Source: Hemiscyllium ocellatum
Taxonomy: Eukaryota
Length of the DNA stretch: 64,000 nucleotides
Reading direction: 5' to 3'
Assembly: GCF_020745735.1 (NCBI RefSeq)
Contig: NC_083428.1
Coordinates: 28,582,001 to 28,646,000 of the forward strand
The position numbers and the translations under genes were made by a program. Positions 50,829 to 63,410 of this stretch are shown here, piece by piece; the stretch's first letter is position 1; each line of letters starts with the position of its first letter. The notes beneath the pieces are model-generated. The model did no database searches, was not told the DNA's origin, and worked only from the letters and a program-made list of their open reading frames with translations.

Positions 50829-51253
50829 CTGGCGCTCTCTGCATGAGTCTGAAATTCTAACGGGGCCGTAGGAGAAGGTCATCATTAGTCAATCTGGTTC
50901 CACTTCAAAGCTGCCTATACTCTAAAAAACTTTTCCAAGGATCAAAACACGCTTAATTCTACACTTGCCTTCTCCCATACTAAATCAAATAAGCATTTCT
51001 GGGCAAACCCAGGATTTCTGTCCTTATAATGGTGAGCCTCTGACTCCACGTATGCATATTACTCCATTTATATGATTTGCTAGCAAGTCAAAGGCTCAAA
51101 AACTATTCAATACCTAGCAAATGTAGAATTGACCCTATTTCAATCCTTGGAAAAGTTCTGAAGAATATGGGCAGCTTTGAAGTGGAACTAGGTTGAAGAA
51201 TGATGACGTCCTGAGACCTAGTTAGAATTTCAGACCCATGTAATGAGCTCCAG
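50829..51253. mobile_element. Foldback/MITE-like element with about 100-bp imperfect terminal inverted repeats
   Basis: tctgaaattctaac / gttagaatttcaga and gttccacttcaaagctgcc / ggcagctttgaagtggaac are reverse complements placed symmetrically. Confidence 0.7.
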
Positions 51254-51269
51254 ATAGACAGTTGATAAT

Positions 51270-54200
51270 GCAAAGTTGAGTCAGTGTGGTAGGTTGAAAT
51301 GTATCTATTTTAATGCAAGAAGTATCAGGAATAAGGGTGATGAACTTAGAGCATGGATAAGTACTTGGAACTATGGTGTTGATGCCATTATGGAGACTTG
51401 AATGTCACAGGTGTAGGAATGGCTGTTGGATGTTCCAGGGTTTAGATGTTTCAAAAGGAATGGGGTTGAGGTAAAAGAGGTGGAGGAGTGGCATTGCTAA
51501 TCAGGGATGGTATCACAGCTGCAGAAAGGGGAGTCGTCAAGGAGGGTTTGTCTACTGAGTCATTACGGGTAGAAATCAGAACCAGAAAAGGAGCAGTCAC
51601 TTTATTGGGAGTTTTCTTAAGATCCCCAATAGCAACAGAGGCACGGAGGAGCAGACTAGAAAGAAGGTTTTGGAAAGGTGCAGAAGTAAGAGGGTTGTTG
51701 TCATGGGTGACTTTAACTTCCCTAATATCGATTGGAACCTCCTTAGTTCAAATAGTTTAGATGGGGTAGTTTTTGGCAGGTGTGTCCATGAAGGATTCCT
51801 GACTCAATATGTAGATAGACTGACTACAGAGGAGGCCATATTGGATTTGGTGCTTGGCAACAAACCAGGCCAGGTGTCAGATCTCTCAGTTGGAGAGCAT
51901 TTTGATGATAATGATGTTCCTATAGTCATGGAGAGGGATAGGAGTAGACAGTATGGTAAAGTACTTAATTGGGGGAGGGAGAATTACAATACTATTAGGC
52001 AGAAACTATGGCGACCATATTGGGAACAGATGTTCTCAGGAAAATGCATGACAGAAATGTTGAGATTGTTTAGGGAGTACTTGCTGATAAAGCTGGATAG
52101 ATTAGTTCCCCTGAGACAAAGAAGGGATGGTAGGGTGAAGAAATCTTGGGTAACAAGGAATGTAGAACATCTAGTCAAGAGGAAGAAGAAAGCTTACTTA
52201 GGGTTGAGGAGGCAAGGATTTAACAGGGCTCTAAAGCGTTACAAGGTAGCCAGGAAGGAACTGAAGAATAGACTCAGGAGAGCTAGAAGGGGGCATGAAC
52301 AAGCTTTAGTGGGTAGGATTAAGGAAAGCCCGAAGGCATTCTACACTCATGTGAGGAACAAGAGGATGGCCAGAGTGAGGGTAAAGCGGATCAGGGATAG
52401 TGGAGGGGACTTGTACCTGAAATTGGAAGAGGTAGGGGTGGTCATTAATGAATACTTTGTTTCAGTATTCAACAGTGAGAGTGACTTGTCATTTGGGAGG
52501 ATAGCATTAAACTGGCTGATATGTTCAAACAGGTTGATGTTAGGAAGGAGGATGTGTTGAAAATTTTGAAAAACATAAGGATAGATAAGTACCCTGGGCC
52601 ATATGGGATATACCCAAGGTTACTACAGGAAGCGAGGGAAGATATTGCTGCACCTTTGGCGATGATCTTTGTGTCCTGACTGTCCTCAGTAGTAGTGCCA
52701 GATAATTGTAGGGTGGCAAATGTTACTCCCTTGTTTCAAGAAAAGGGATAAGGATAATTCTGGGGATTACAGACCGGTCAGTCTTAAATCTGTGATGGGC
52801 AAATTATTGAAGAGAATTCTGAGAGATGGGATTTATGATTACTTAGAAAACCATGGTTTGATTAGAGATAGTCAGTATGACTTTGTCAGGGGCCTCACAA
52901 ACCTTATTGAATTCTTTGAGCATGTGATAAAACACATTGATGAAGGTAGAGCAGTGGATGTGGTATACATGGATTTTAGCAAGGCGTTTGATCAGGTTCC
53001 CATGGTAGGCTCATTCAGAAAGTAAGGAGGCATGGGATACAGGGAAATTTGGCTGTCTGAATACAGAATTAGCTGGTCCATAGGAGACAGAGGATGGTGG
53101 TAGGTGGAACATATCCAGCCTGGAGCTTGGTGACCAGTGGTGTTCTGCAGGGATATGTTCTGGGACCTCTGCTCCTTATGATTTTTATAAATGACTTAGA
53201 TGAGGAATTGGAAAAGTGAGTTTGTAAGTTTGCCAATGACATGAAGGTTGGTGGAGTGGTGGATACTGTGAGGGACTGTTGTAGATTGCAATGGGACATT
53301 GACAGAATGCAGATATGGGCTGATAAGTGGCAGATGGAGTTCAACCTGGAGAAGTGTGAAATGATTCATTTTGGATGTTGAATTTTAATGCAGAATGTAG
53401 AGTTAAAGTCAAGATACTTGGCAGTGTGGAGAAACAGAGGGATCCTAGGCTCCATCTCCATAGATCCCTCAAAGTTGCCACCCAAGTTGATAGGGTTGTT
53501 AAGAAGGCCTATGGTGTGTTGGCTTTCATTAGCATGGGGATTGAGTTTAAGAGCCGTGAGGTTACGCTGCAGCTCTATAGAGTCCTGGTTAGACCACAGT
53601 TGGAATATTGTGTTCAGTTCTGGTTGCCTCATTGTAGGAAGGATGTTGAAGATTTAGAGAGGGTGCAAAGGATATTTGCCAGGATGCTGCCTGACTGGAG
53701 GTCATGTCTGTTGAAGAAAGATTGAGGGAGCTAATGCTTTACTCATTGGAGCGAAGAACGGTGAGAGGCGACTTGATAGATATGTAAAATATGATGAGAG
53801 GCATAGAGAGAGTCATTAGAGACGTTTACCCAGTCAGAAATGGCTGTCACAAGGGGACATAATTTTAAGGTGATTGGAGGAAGGTTTAGGGGAGATGTCA
53901 GAGGTCAGTTCTTTACACAGGGAGTGGTGGGTATGTGGAATGCACTGCCAGCAGTGGCTGAGGAGTGACAGGTGGAGTTAAATTTAGATTAGTGCAAGGT
54001 GCTGCATTTTGGAAAATCAAATCAGAGCAGGGTTTATACGCTTAATGGGATGGTCCTGGGGAGTGTTGCTGAACAAAGAGACCTTGGAGTGCAGGTTCAT
54101 TGTTTTTTGAAATCAGAGTCACAGGTAGATAGGATAGTGAAGAAGGTGTTTGGTATGCTTTCCTTTATTGGTCAGTGCATGGAGTACAGGAGTTGGGAGG

Positions 54201-54950
54201 TCATGTTGCAACTGTGCAGCATATTGGTTCGGCCACTTGTGGAATATTGTGTGCAATTCTGGTCTCCTTCCTATTGGAAGGATGTTGTGAAACTTGAAAG
54301 GGTTCAGAAAAGATTTACAAGGATGTTGTCAGGGTTGGAGGATTTGAGCAATAGGGAGAGGCTGAATAGGCTTGCACTGTTTCCCAGGAGCATCGGAGAC
54401 TGAAGGGTGACCTTATAGAGGTTTATAAAATCATGAAGGTCATGGAAATGGTAAATAGACAAGGTCTTTTCCCGAGGTTTGGGGAGTCCAGAACTAGAGG
54501 GCATAGGTTTACGGTGAGAGGAGAAAAATTCTAAAGGGACCTGAGGGGCAACTGTTTCACACAGAAGATGGTGCATGTATGGAATGAACTGCCAGAGGAA
54601 ATGATGGAAGCTGGTATAATTACAGCATTTAAAGGCATCTGAATGTGTATATGAATAGGAAGGGTTCAGAGGGATATGGACCAAGTGCTGGCAAATGGGA
54701 CTAGTTTAGGTTGTGATATCTGTTCGGCATGGACAAGTTGACCAAAAGGTCTGTTTCCGTGCTGTACATCTCAATGAACCCATGACTCTAGTAGAGTCAG
54801 ATACATTAGGGACATTTAAGCGATTCTTGGATAGGAACATGGATAATAGTAAAATGAAGGGTATTTAGATTAGTTTGATCTTAGAGTTGGATAAAAGGTC
54901 AGCACAACTGAAGGGCTTGTACTGTGCCGTACTGTTCTTTGTTCTATGTT
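51270..54950 (+). mobile_element. Long degraded CR1 LINE ORF2 (APE and RT) with a HER1-type CR1 nested in its 3' end (about 53960-54790)
   Basis: CIYFNARSIRNK, VVVMGDFNFPNIDW, ILDLVLGN, YRPVSLKSVMGKLL, VDVVYMDFSKAFD and LYRVLVRPQLEYCVQFW. The host 3' end (gcactgccagcagtgg|...|gtagagtcagatacatt) is split by a second CR1 subfamily. Confidence 0.9.
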
Positions 54951-57900
54951 CTCATCTCTGTCCTGAAGAGGGTGCTAAGAACATGGCTAGGGGTTACTGC
55001 TATTGGCTCAGAGCTCTCTCTAATAGCTCTTGCTGGTAAGCACAAGCACCAAGTGAGGGCAACAATTGGATACAGGTTTGTGGAAATCAAAATCATGGGA
55101 TAGCTCACAATCACTGAAACGATTCAGTTGTCTGGGAAAGGAGTAGTGCATAACATATATTAAAGTGAGACATGATACAAGACATTCGATTGACTGTTCG
55201 GGATGTGGTAATCTCTACTATTACTGGCTCGGAAAGTGGATGTGAAATGGACATCTGACAACTGGCGGTGATTACACTGTGGTGTAACCCTACTTTCTGT
55301 CTCTCTGTTCATTATTATTTTGTCCCGTGGCAATTGCAGGGTTTGATGGTATAGATCGATTTGAACTTTCCACATCGGCTTCTGAATGAGAGAGTTTCTA
55401 TTCCCACAGGGTACAATCATTTAATGAGCTGTCTTCACAAACCAAGCACTGATCCTTCTGAGAATTCCTGAAAAAAATGGGAAGAGCCATCTACATCTTT
55501 GATAAGGGGACCAGATTTCATCCATGGAACTTTGGTCAAGTATCAGTTGTGAGGAGGGGACTTGAAACTGTTTTGCCATTCCAATTTAACAGTGAGTGCT
55601 TTTAAGATTAACTCAATATTTCAATACATCACGATCTTGTCAAAAATTCAACCAGTTTTTAAGTACAGTACATTCAAAGAACAGCTGAACATTCAGTTAC
55701 CGCATCACTGTCTTTATAGTAAATGTCTCCCCTTCAGTTCAACAACTGACTGTCAGAAATACACAGGTCCTCTGAAGTTAAAGCAAACCAAACTCAAAAA
55801 GGCTTACAGATCATGGCAGGAAAGGCAGCATCCTAGATGTCATATTCTGAAACAAACCATTAAAACAAAGCTGAACTGTACTCCTATAAATTTCCACAGC
55901 AGAAATTATTTAAAATTGTCTCTAATAATAGTCTAACCCTGGCTCTACCAGAGTGTCAAACAGCTGTGATTTACACAGAGATTAGATATCTCTTGTTGAC
56001 TTGCACAAAGATTGATAAAATCTCAGTAAATTCCACAGAAATCGGATAGTTCTGAGAGAAGTACATGAAGATTGGGTACAGTACCTACAAATAAAGCTAC
56101 ATACAAACTTTATTCTGCCTCTAACGGTGTCTTGACTTGCTGAAGAACATTATGTTGTTTATACTGTGTAAGGTGTACTTCAAATTTTTAAATTTTTTTT
56201 AATACTGCAAAACCTGGATGCAGGCCCAACATCTATAGTACTGAATACAAAGGCAATGAGGTATATCATTGTGATTAAGTTAAGCCTACCTTGCATACTA
56301 AAAGTTAGAAGATTTTGGTTGAAAATAATTATGTGGAGGATTTTACACATTCAATATATTAAAGGTCTCACTAATAATTTAAGGATCTATGAATGTGTGA
56401 GCTTTCAAAAGAATTTCCAGTGGCACATCACTTCATCATGTTTACATTCCTCTAACACAATTTTAGCACAACAGTAATTTTAACTGATACTTTCCCTGAA
56501 ATAGTGATCCAGTGAACACTTCTGGAATCCACTAAACAGTTTTTGCTAATTATGTTGCAATATCTTAAAACAGTTTGGCAAGAAAGGTCAAACAATTGAA
56601 TAAAATTCTAATTCAGAACGATCTTTGTAAGTATGTTAATCTTTTCAGTAGTTGGAATAAAAGAACTCTGATTCTTAATTTCATAATAAAACAAAATTAT
56701 GAATTATCTTTGGCTTTTGTTTTGCTCTGTTGATGTTTCTATTTCTGTACTACTGTTTCTTATTGAAGGTAATTCAATTTTACCGCGTCATTAGCATTAA
56801 AGTTAATTCATTTAATCCCTTGTGCCAGCTCTGTTTCCATATCCATTTATTTCCTTTTCTTTTAAGCACCTACCCAACTTGCTTTTAATGCTGACACTGA
56901 CAATAGAATTTCCTCAAAGATTCTCCTGATCTCCCTCTGTAATTTTGCCAGAAATTCAGAGAAACAGCATGAACAGCTACTTAAGCTGTTGTGGCACATC
57001 CATTAATATTTTTGCAAGAGTTTTGGAGAACCTTGTAGATCATATACACAATGGTTCCTGCTTTAATCTTGGCTCCAGTAGTGCTTTCAATAACCTGATG
57101 AGCTTCTGTAAATGTTGCTCTCCATCCTAAATCTTATATTTAATCTTATGTTCCTCACTTTGAGCCTTCAATCTCCAGAAAGAGTTGGTTTCTACTATTT
57201 CATTTATATCTTTTCATGATCAAAAATATCTTTATTAAATCATGTTGAAACAGTTCACACTCAGCTAAACTTACATTTTTCATCCAGTCTTCATATGTAT
57301 ATTTTCTCAGCAGACAGGCAAGCAGCATCCTGTTAAACCCTTCTTGTCTCCTCTATTATTTTAAGAGCTTTCCTAAAGCGTGGTACCAAAATCTGCAGAA
57401 AATACTTCCACTATGATTTTACTATGGTTTAATATACCATTGCAGCTTGACTTTGGTATTCTATATCTTGTGATAAATCACAGCATGCCGTTAGCCTTCT
57501 TTCGGCCTATATTGTTTAAGGTGGTGCTTTTAACTTCTTGTAAACCTGAACACCTAAATCTCTTCTCTCTTGCTGATTGAAAATACAGTTAATATTTTAA
57601 AAATATTTTTGTTGCTGCTGTACAGGGAGAATCTGTCTCTTGAGTTTGGACCAAGCCTCTGTGGACAGCAATACCAAATCATTTAGTGCCCAAAATTAAC
57701 CAGATGTCATGGCATCCGCCAGAACATTACTAATAGTGAAACTCAGCATCAGACTATCTTTTGAAAAACATATTCATGGAGGTGGGGAAGATACTTGGAC
57801 CAGCTGTGCTCACCTGAAGTGACAGCCACTTCCTGCAGTACGCACTCCCAAACATCTGCCAACCTCGATTTCCTGTAACATTATCACAACAAAGAAGTTC

Positions 57901-58644
57901 AATCACTTCTGGAGCCAATACAATGCACAAAAGCCAAACACTGAGCAAACTGCAGCTGCTGAGTAATTAACACCTCCAGTACCTTAAGGCTCTCTTCCTT
58001 CTCACTGCTGGAATTAATAGTGATCACATAGTAATACTCCACATGGGGCAGTCTGTAACGGTTCTCTGTCATTTCACACAATTCCACAGTTTGAAAAAGC
58101 TCTAATGCATTTGGATTCTCAAACACAACTGATTCAAATTTGGTGGGTACACATCCCAAGCCACCTGCAGGGACTAAACAAAACAAGGGAAAATATTGAG
58201 GAAAAAGATTGGCTTACTTTAATGATGGTATTTCCCTAAGTTCTTCCTTAAGGATTTACTGGAGAACATTACGTAAGCAGCTGTTACCTTACAGGGAGCT
58301 ACATGATTACATCTCTCAAAAGCAATAAGTATTTATAAGCACCAACTATAATATAGGCAGGAGATTGTACTTTTGGTATTAGTGATACAATGCAGTGGTT
58401 TGAAAATTAAATGTTCTGCAACTTTTGCTGTTGATTCAGGCTTGACCACCACCTCCAAGTCTTAATATTCTGCTATGAATTATATATAGCTATTTTGTTT
58501 ATTTTTTCCCTAAGGTTAGATGTTCCCATGAACAAGCACCAACCTAATGTCCTGTCACAATTGCTCTTTCTCACTCACCCTGTTTTGCTTGTCCAAGCTA
58601 TCTTCTCCTCCCTATCCTGATTTCAGTTAGGATGGAGTCTAATG

Positions 58645-59045
58645 GAATCATAGAGATGTACAGCACAGAAACAGACTATTCAGTCCAACCTATCCATGTC
58701 AAACAGATATCCTAAATTAATCTAGTCCCATTTTCCAGCACTTAGTCCATATCACTCTAAACCTTTCCTATTCATATATCCATCCAGATGCCTTTTAAAT
58801 GTTGTAATTTTACTTGCCTCCACCACTTCCTCTGGCAGCTCATTCCATACACGCACCACCCTCTACATGAAAAAGTTGTCCCTTAGGTCCCTTTTAAATT
58901 TTTCTCCTCTCACCCTAAATCTATGCCCTCTAATCTGGACTCCCCTACCCCAGGAAAAAGACCTTGTCTATTTACACTTTCCATGCCCCTCATGATTTTA
59001 TAAATCTCCATAAGGTCACCCCTCAGCCTCTGATGCTCCAGGGAA
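58645..59045 (-). mobile_element. CR1/HER1 3' fragment
   Basis: Reverse complement of the CR1 tail (catagagatgtacagcacagaaacag...ataaggtcacccctcagcctc). Confidence 0.85.
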
Positions 59046-59679
59046 ATGTCTGCTGAAAGTCCTCCAGTAGGTTACTGATGTTGCATTACGTACATTATTG
59101 GAGTTAATGGAAATTAAATTTAGGAGAAATGGAACAGGCTTTGATTGGCTATCACCCATAGGATAGTGCACACTCTGAGATTACACAATGAGATCACCCA
59201 TGTAAATTGCACAGCAAAGTTACTCATGGATTACATTTTCTTGGACACATGGTGGTGGACTTAGAGGTAGGTCAGGTCAGCCTTGTACACTTACAGCGTG
59301 CCCATAATTAATTCTCCTTAGTTCATTCCTGGCAGTTTTTCATGTGGTGCCTGTCTGTTTAAAACGTGTCTAATTCCTTTCCTCGCAAACAAGCACTGGC
59401 AGTGAGTTTCTTTTTATGAAAACCTCTTATGGTTACATTTCCAGACAACAAATGACCTCTCAGTAAAACACTGCGTAATTAACACAGTTTTATTAGATAG
59501 ACATCAAGAAAAGGTATATTCACGTGTTGAGTAGTCCATGGTGGCAGGTCAGAAGGATCACATAATTATCTGAAACAATGAATTCAGGATAAATGTCTTA
59601 TCTTGTGAATGTGGAATGAAATATGATTAGAATGTGCAACTTGTTACCATGTGGATGAGTTGAAAAGAATAGAATACCA

Positions 59680-59985
59680 TGAGTTTGGACTCAGGCCATT
59701 TGGCCAATCAAGTCCACACCAACTCTCCAAAGAGCATCCCACCCAGGCCCACACCACCTCTCCCATGGCTAATCCACCTAGCCTGCACATCCCTCGCAAT
59801 TTAGCACAGCCAACCCACTTAACCCACATATCTTTGGACTGTTGAAGAGACCAGAGCACCATGAGAAATCCCATATAGGTAGGGATATAATGTTGAAACC
59901 CCACACAGACAGTCGCCTGAAGATGGCATTGAATCCAGGTCCCAGGTGCTGTGCGGCAGCAGTGCTAACCACTGAGCCACCATGG
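59680..59985 (-). mobile_element. HE1-like V-SINE (diverged)
   Basis: gcagcagtgctaaccactgagccacc head and ccacacagacagtcgcc in reverse orientation. Confidence 0.75.
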
Positions 59986-60646
59986 TCTAGTTTAGATGTA
60001 TTTCAGGAGAAGCTATATAAGTGCAAGAGGATGAAAGAAGTAGAAGCAAGATGACCAGATTTTCAAATGTCAAAACCGGGACACATTGAAAAGCCATTTG
60101 TGAAGCTGACATATTGGCTGCCAACAGCAGAATCTACAAAGGACAGTCGAAGATGGGAGTGGATTTGATGACATCTCCTAGAATGTTCCAGCCGGAGTTG
60201 GTAATCCTATACTATAGTTGTTTAAAAAGGCATCCTCAGCAATGGAGCCATTGACACTAAAACTATAGTGATAACTCCCTTAGAAATGACCAGGGGGCAG
60301 TAGAGAGAGAGCTACAAGTCCTCTGCATGCAATTCAATATGTTTCATTGTTTACAGGAAGGAGGATAAAGTTTCCAATCAATTTCCCCCACCAGACCTAG
60401 TTTGATAAAGAAAAGGGGGAATGTTAACCATGTATAATCAAATGATTTTTCGGATGTTGTTGGGACACCAGGTCATTTAAGAAAGACTTGACTTCTAGTT
60501 AGTCTAAATAGAAGAATAAAAATGTTAGATGTCATTGTGGGAGAAGAGTTATGTCATGTATAAATTTCAGAACAAACCAGCTAAACTAAATGCTTGTTCT
60601 GGTGCTATAAATTCTGTGTGATTTCAGTTCCTTTGTTTTAGCTGAA

Positions 60647-60694
60647 GACGTTTATAAGAGAGAAAGTAATGACGTTTATAAGAGAGAAAGTAAT
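60647..60694. repeat. Perfect 24-bp tandem duplication GACGTTTATAAGAGAGAAAGTAAT x2
   Basis: Copies at 60647-60670 and 60671-60694. Confidence 0.9.
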
Positions 60695-60804
60695 GCTCGA
60701 GATGGAATTTTCTCTATTTTGTATCCATTATACCCATATGTGAGCCAGGAGACTGAATTATAACATTCCCCGCTGATTTCTAGTTAGCTTCATTCAAACT
60801 GCCT

Positions 60805-61042
60805 TGTGAAATAACTCCACAGATACCAGGATCCCATCATTAAGTCACCCTTTATTTACATGTGGAAATTCCTTGACACTATTCCAGCTCCCTCAGAGCC
60901 AACTGTCAGAGTGAACAGAATCTCTGACACTCCTGTTTATGTCTGTCAACCAGGGCTCACTGTTTGGACCAGATTAACAGCCCCAAACATGGAACTCATA
61001 TTCCATGAGGTCCACCTGGCTGTCTTTGTTACAATCACTACA
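60805..61042 (-). mobile_element. Possible short solo LTR
   Basis: TG...CA termini (tgtgaaata...tcactaca), AATAAA on the minus strand near 60850, similar cct flanks. The TSD is not exact. Confidence 0.4.
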
Positions 61043-63319
61043 CCTAGGAGCCAAAGATGGGACTGACTGCAAGGATTTCAATTGGCCATAAAAAGCAATT
61101 CAAGAGTCTCTCAAAGAGCAGTTCGAAGCTAATAGGCAATTGGGGAAGCAGAGTAAGAATCAGGTTTCATGGCAAGCAGTTGGACTGTTGAGAAAAGTAA
61201 CTGAATTGGACCTGTGTGTTGGGTCCAGGAAAAAACTGCAAAAGAAATTGTTGGGTAGTTCTGTGTCATGAGGAGACAAGAAGGAGCTACTTGATACAAC
61301 TGAGCAAGATTAGAACACAGGGAAAAACCCAGGGGCAGTACTTGCTTGACGAAGCTAACTGTTGGTGAGAAGCAGGAATTATGGTTGTAAGGGCTGGAGG
61401 GCAATTTACAGAATTTAGAGGACTGGACTCCCAGGAAAGGAAGGTAAAGTCCAGAATGTAAGCAGTCATTGAGGCTGTCTATCTGGCTTTCTAGGCCAGA
61501 TAATTATAAATGAAGTCTAATCCATTGTGTAGTTTTAATGAGATTTGTTGACCCAATTTATCACTAATGTCAGGAGGAGAATTGCTGATCAATCAAGAAT
61601 GTGTCTTGATCACTTATTGCCAGTTTTCTCTCCTCACAGAGAATAGTGTATGTTGAAAAAATTTAGAGGAGGTTATCAGGTTTGTCAGGACAACATTTCA
61701 GTGGTGCAGAAGTACAGCTAATTTCCTTGTTCACTCCACCACAGCCTTTCTGCATGAGATGTTAAACTGCTTCTGCCTTCTCAGGTGACCATGAAGAATT
61801 CAGTGGGGGTTCTAAGAATAGTTACGAGTTATTAATGGTGTTCCTGATGAGCCTTTCTTGTCTTCTACAATATAACTGAAAAGAGATTATCTGGTCATTC
61901 CTACAATGTCATTTGTGGGAGCTTACTGTGTACAAATTGGCTGTTATCTTTCCGATAGTGCAATAATGACTACACTTGGAAAAGCATTTGATAGCCTGTA
62001 AAAAGCCTGGAAATATCTCGAGGCCATTTAACGGCACTTGTAAGTTCTTTATTCCCTTACTAATAGCTAACCACTGCATGGAATTACCTGGAGTTCTTGG
62101 GTTGGAGCACTTGCCCACATCTACAGTGACCTCCAGTGGACTATCAGCTGAATGTTTTCAGAAGGAATGATTGAACACGTTGGTCTGGAGTTGCACTGAC
62201 ACTCAGACTCCATTAAACAGCAAAACCTGCTCAACCCTTACCAGCACCGGTTCACACAAAGAAACTTGGGGTGGGGGTGGGGGGCATGAAGACCCCGTTG
62301 GCATTCAGGCAAATTCCAATGTCTGTTCTAACGCTAGCTTTTGGAGAAAGGAAAGTAAGTAATGCGAACAACAGTGAGACAAAGTTTTTAATTGAAACTG
62401 AATCAATGTCCTATAATCCTTCTTAAAGTGAATAGCATGCCATCTATTCTCACATTAACCAGGAACTCAAGGTTTCCACAGAATCATCTTTGTATTCTGC
62501 AGAATACATACTGAACAAACTTCAGAAAATACTTTTTACAAGATAGGAAAACAACATACTCCAGATACTGCAAATATAAAATTAAAACAGAAAATGCAGT
62601 TAATAAGCCATATCTGTAGAGAGAAACAAAGTTGAGATTTCAATTGATGACATTTCCCAGGAGAGTTGGCTTCAAACCTATTACTGAGGAAATTCACTCC
62701 TCAATTTTCCTTATAAATACCTCATTAATTTTAATTTTACATTTTTTGTGAGTTAGTGAAAAGTTTTTTTCCCTTGAATCTTGTTAATTTGGAGTTGATC
62801 CAGCACAGAGATGTTTAGGAAATCTGAGGAATTCATTGTTGTACTTTTCTGATCTCTGACAGTTACCACAGTGAGAATGACATCTCCCAATGTCGATATT
62901 GACAGGGCTGCTGCTGATATCTGTCAGAACAGAACGGTACAGGTCACAAACGAAAAGGATGACCTAAACGTACACTATGTTTAAAATGAAATTCTTTTCA
63001 GCCATGCTCAGGAAAAGCATTACAGCAAAGCAACCAAAATATTTCACAAACTGAGCATCAAAGAACAAACATGACAAAAACTAGTTGAGGTAGAAGTGTA
63101 AGTCTACCTGAGATAGGAAGGAATTGAATCAGACAGAGGGTGAGACTGGACCAGACAGAGAAAACGTAAGACGATAAGAAATGGAAGCAGTAGGAGATCA
63201 TGTTCCTGTCGACCCTAGCCCTATATTCAGTATGATCAGGCTGATGTTTGGCTTCAACTCCTCTTTCTACCCCAATCTCTGTATTCAGTCTCTGACAGAC
63301 CAAAGATTTACCTAATTCA

Positions 63320-63410
63320 GCCTTATGTCCGAAACGTCGATTCTCCTGTTCCTTGGATGCTGCCTGACCTGCTGTGCTTTTCCAGCTCAACACTCTCGAC
63401 TCTGATCTCC
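63320..63410 (+). mobile_element. PLE tail fragment retaining the 3' half of the hammerhead motif
   Basis: ttatgtccGAAACGTCgattctcc...gatgctgcctgacctgctgtgcttttccagc; the CTGATGA half is missing. Confidence 0.65.

Larger units (their letters stand above)
55315..62920 (-). pseudogene. pnhd: pinhead-like pseudogene; relic exons 62920-62780, 62337-62088, 58164-57983, 57872-57814, 55467-55315 (5' exon not seen, probably beyond the window)
   Basis: Spliced relic reads DISSSPVNIDIGRCHSHCG..; ..SCP..CEPVLVRVEQVLLFNGV*/ECQCN../DSPLEVTVDVGKCSNP; GGLGCVPTKFESV..TVELCEMTENRYRLPHVEYYY..EESLK; EIEVGRCLG..CHFR; ..DQCLV..DC/ETLSFRSR..IYTIKPCNC*. These form three [DE][VI]G[KR]C..CxP..CxC-type modules typical of Pinhead, and the gene lies directly upstream of admp. 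Stops at 62784-62786, 62305-62307, 62203-62205 and 55398-55400, with frameshifts. Confidence 0.8.

Noticed and set aside
51488-53725. ORFs up to 296 aa as host genes or an active LINE
   Set aside because: They are fragments of a CR1 ORF2 broken by stops and frameshifts, with the RT catalytic motif decayed (FANDMK).
55160-55420. 86-aa ORF MIVPCGNRNS... as a standalone gene or rescued last pinhead exon
   Set aside because: It is the frame that carries neither the DQCLV..DC block nor the terminal IKPCNC block, and it has no recognisable motif.
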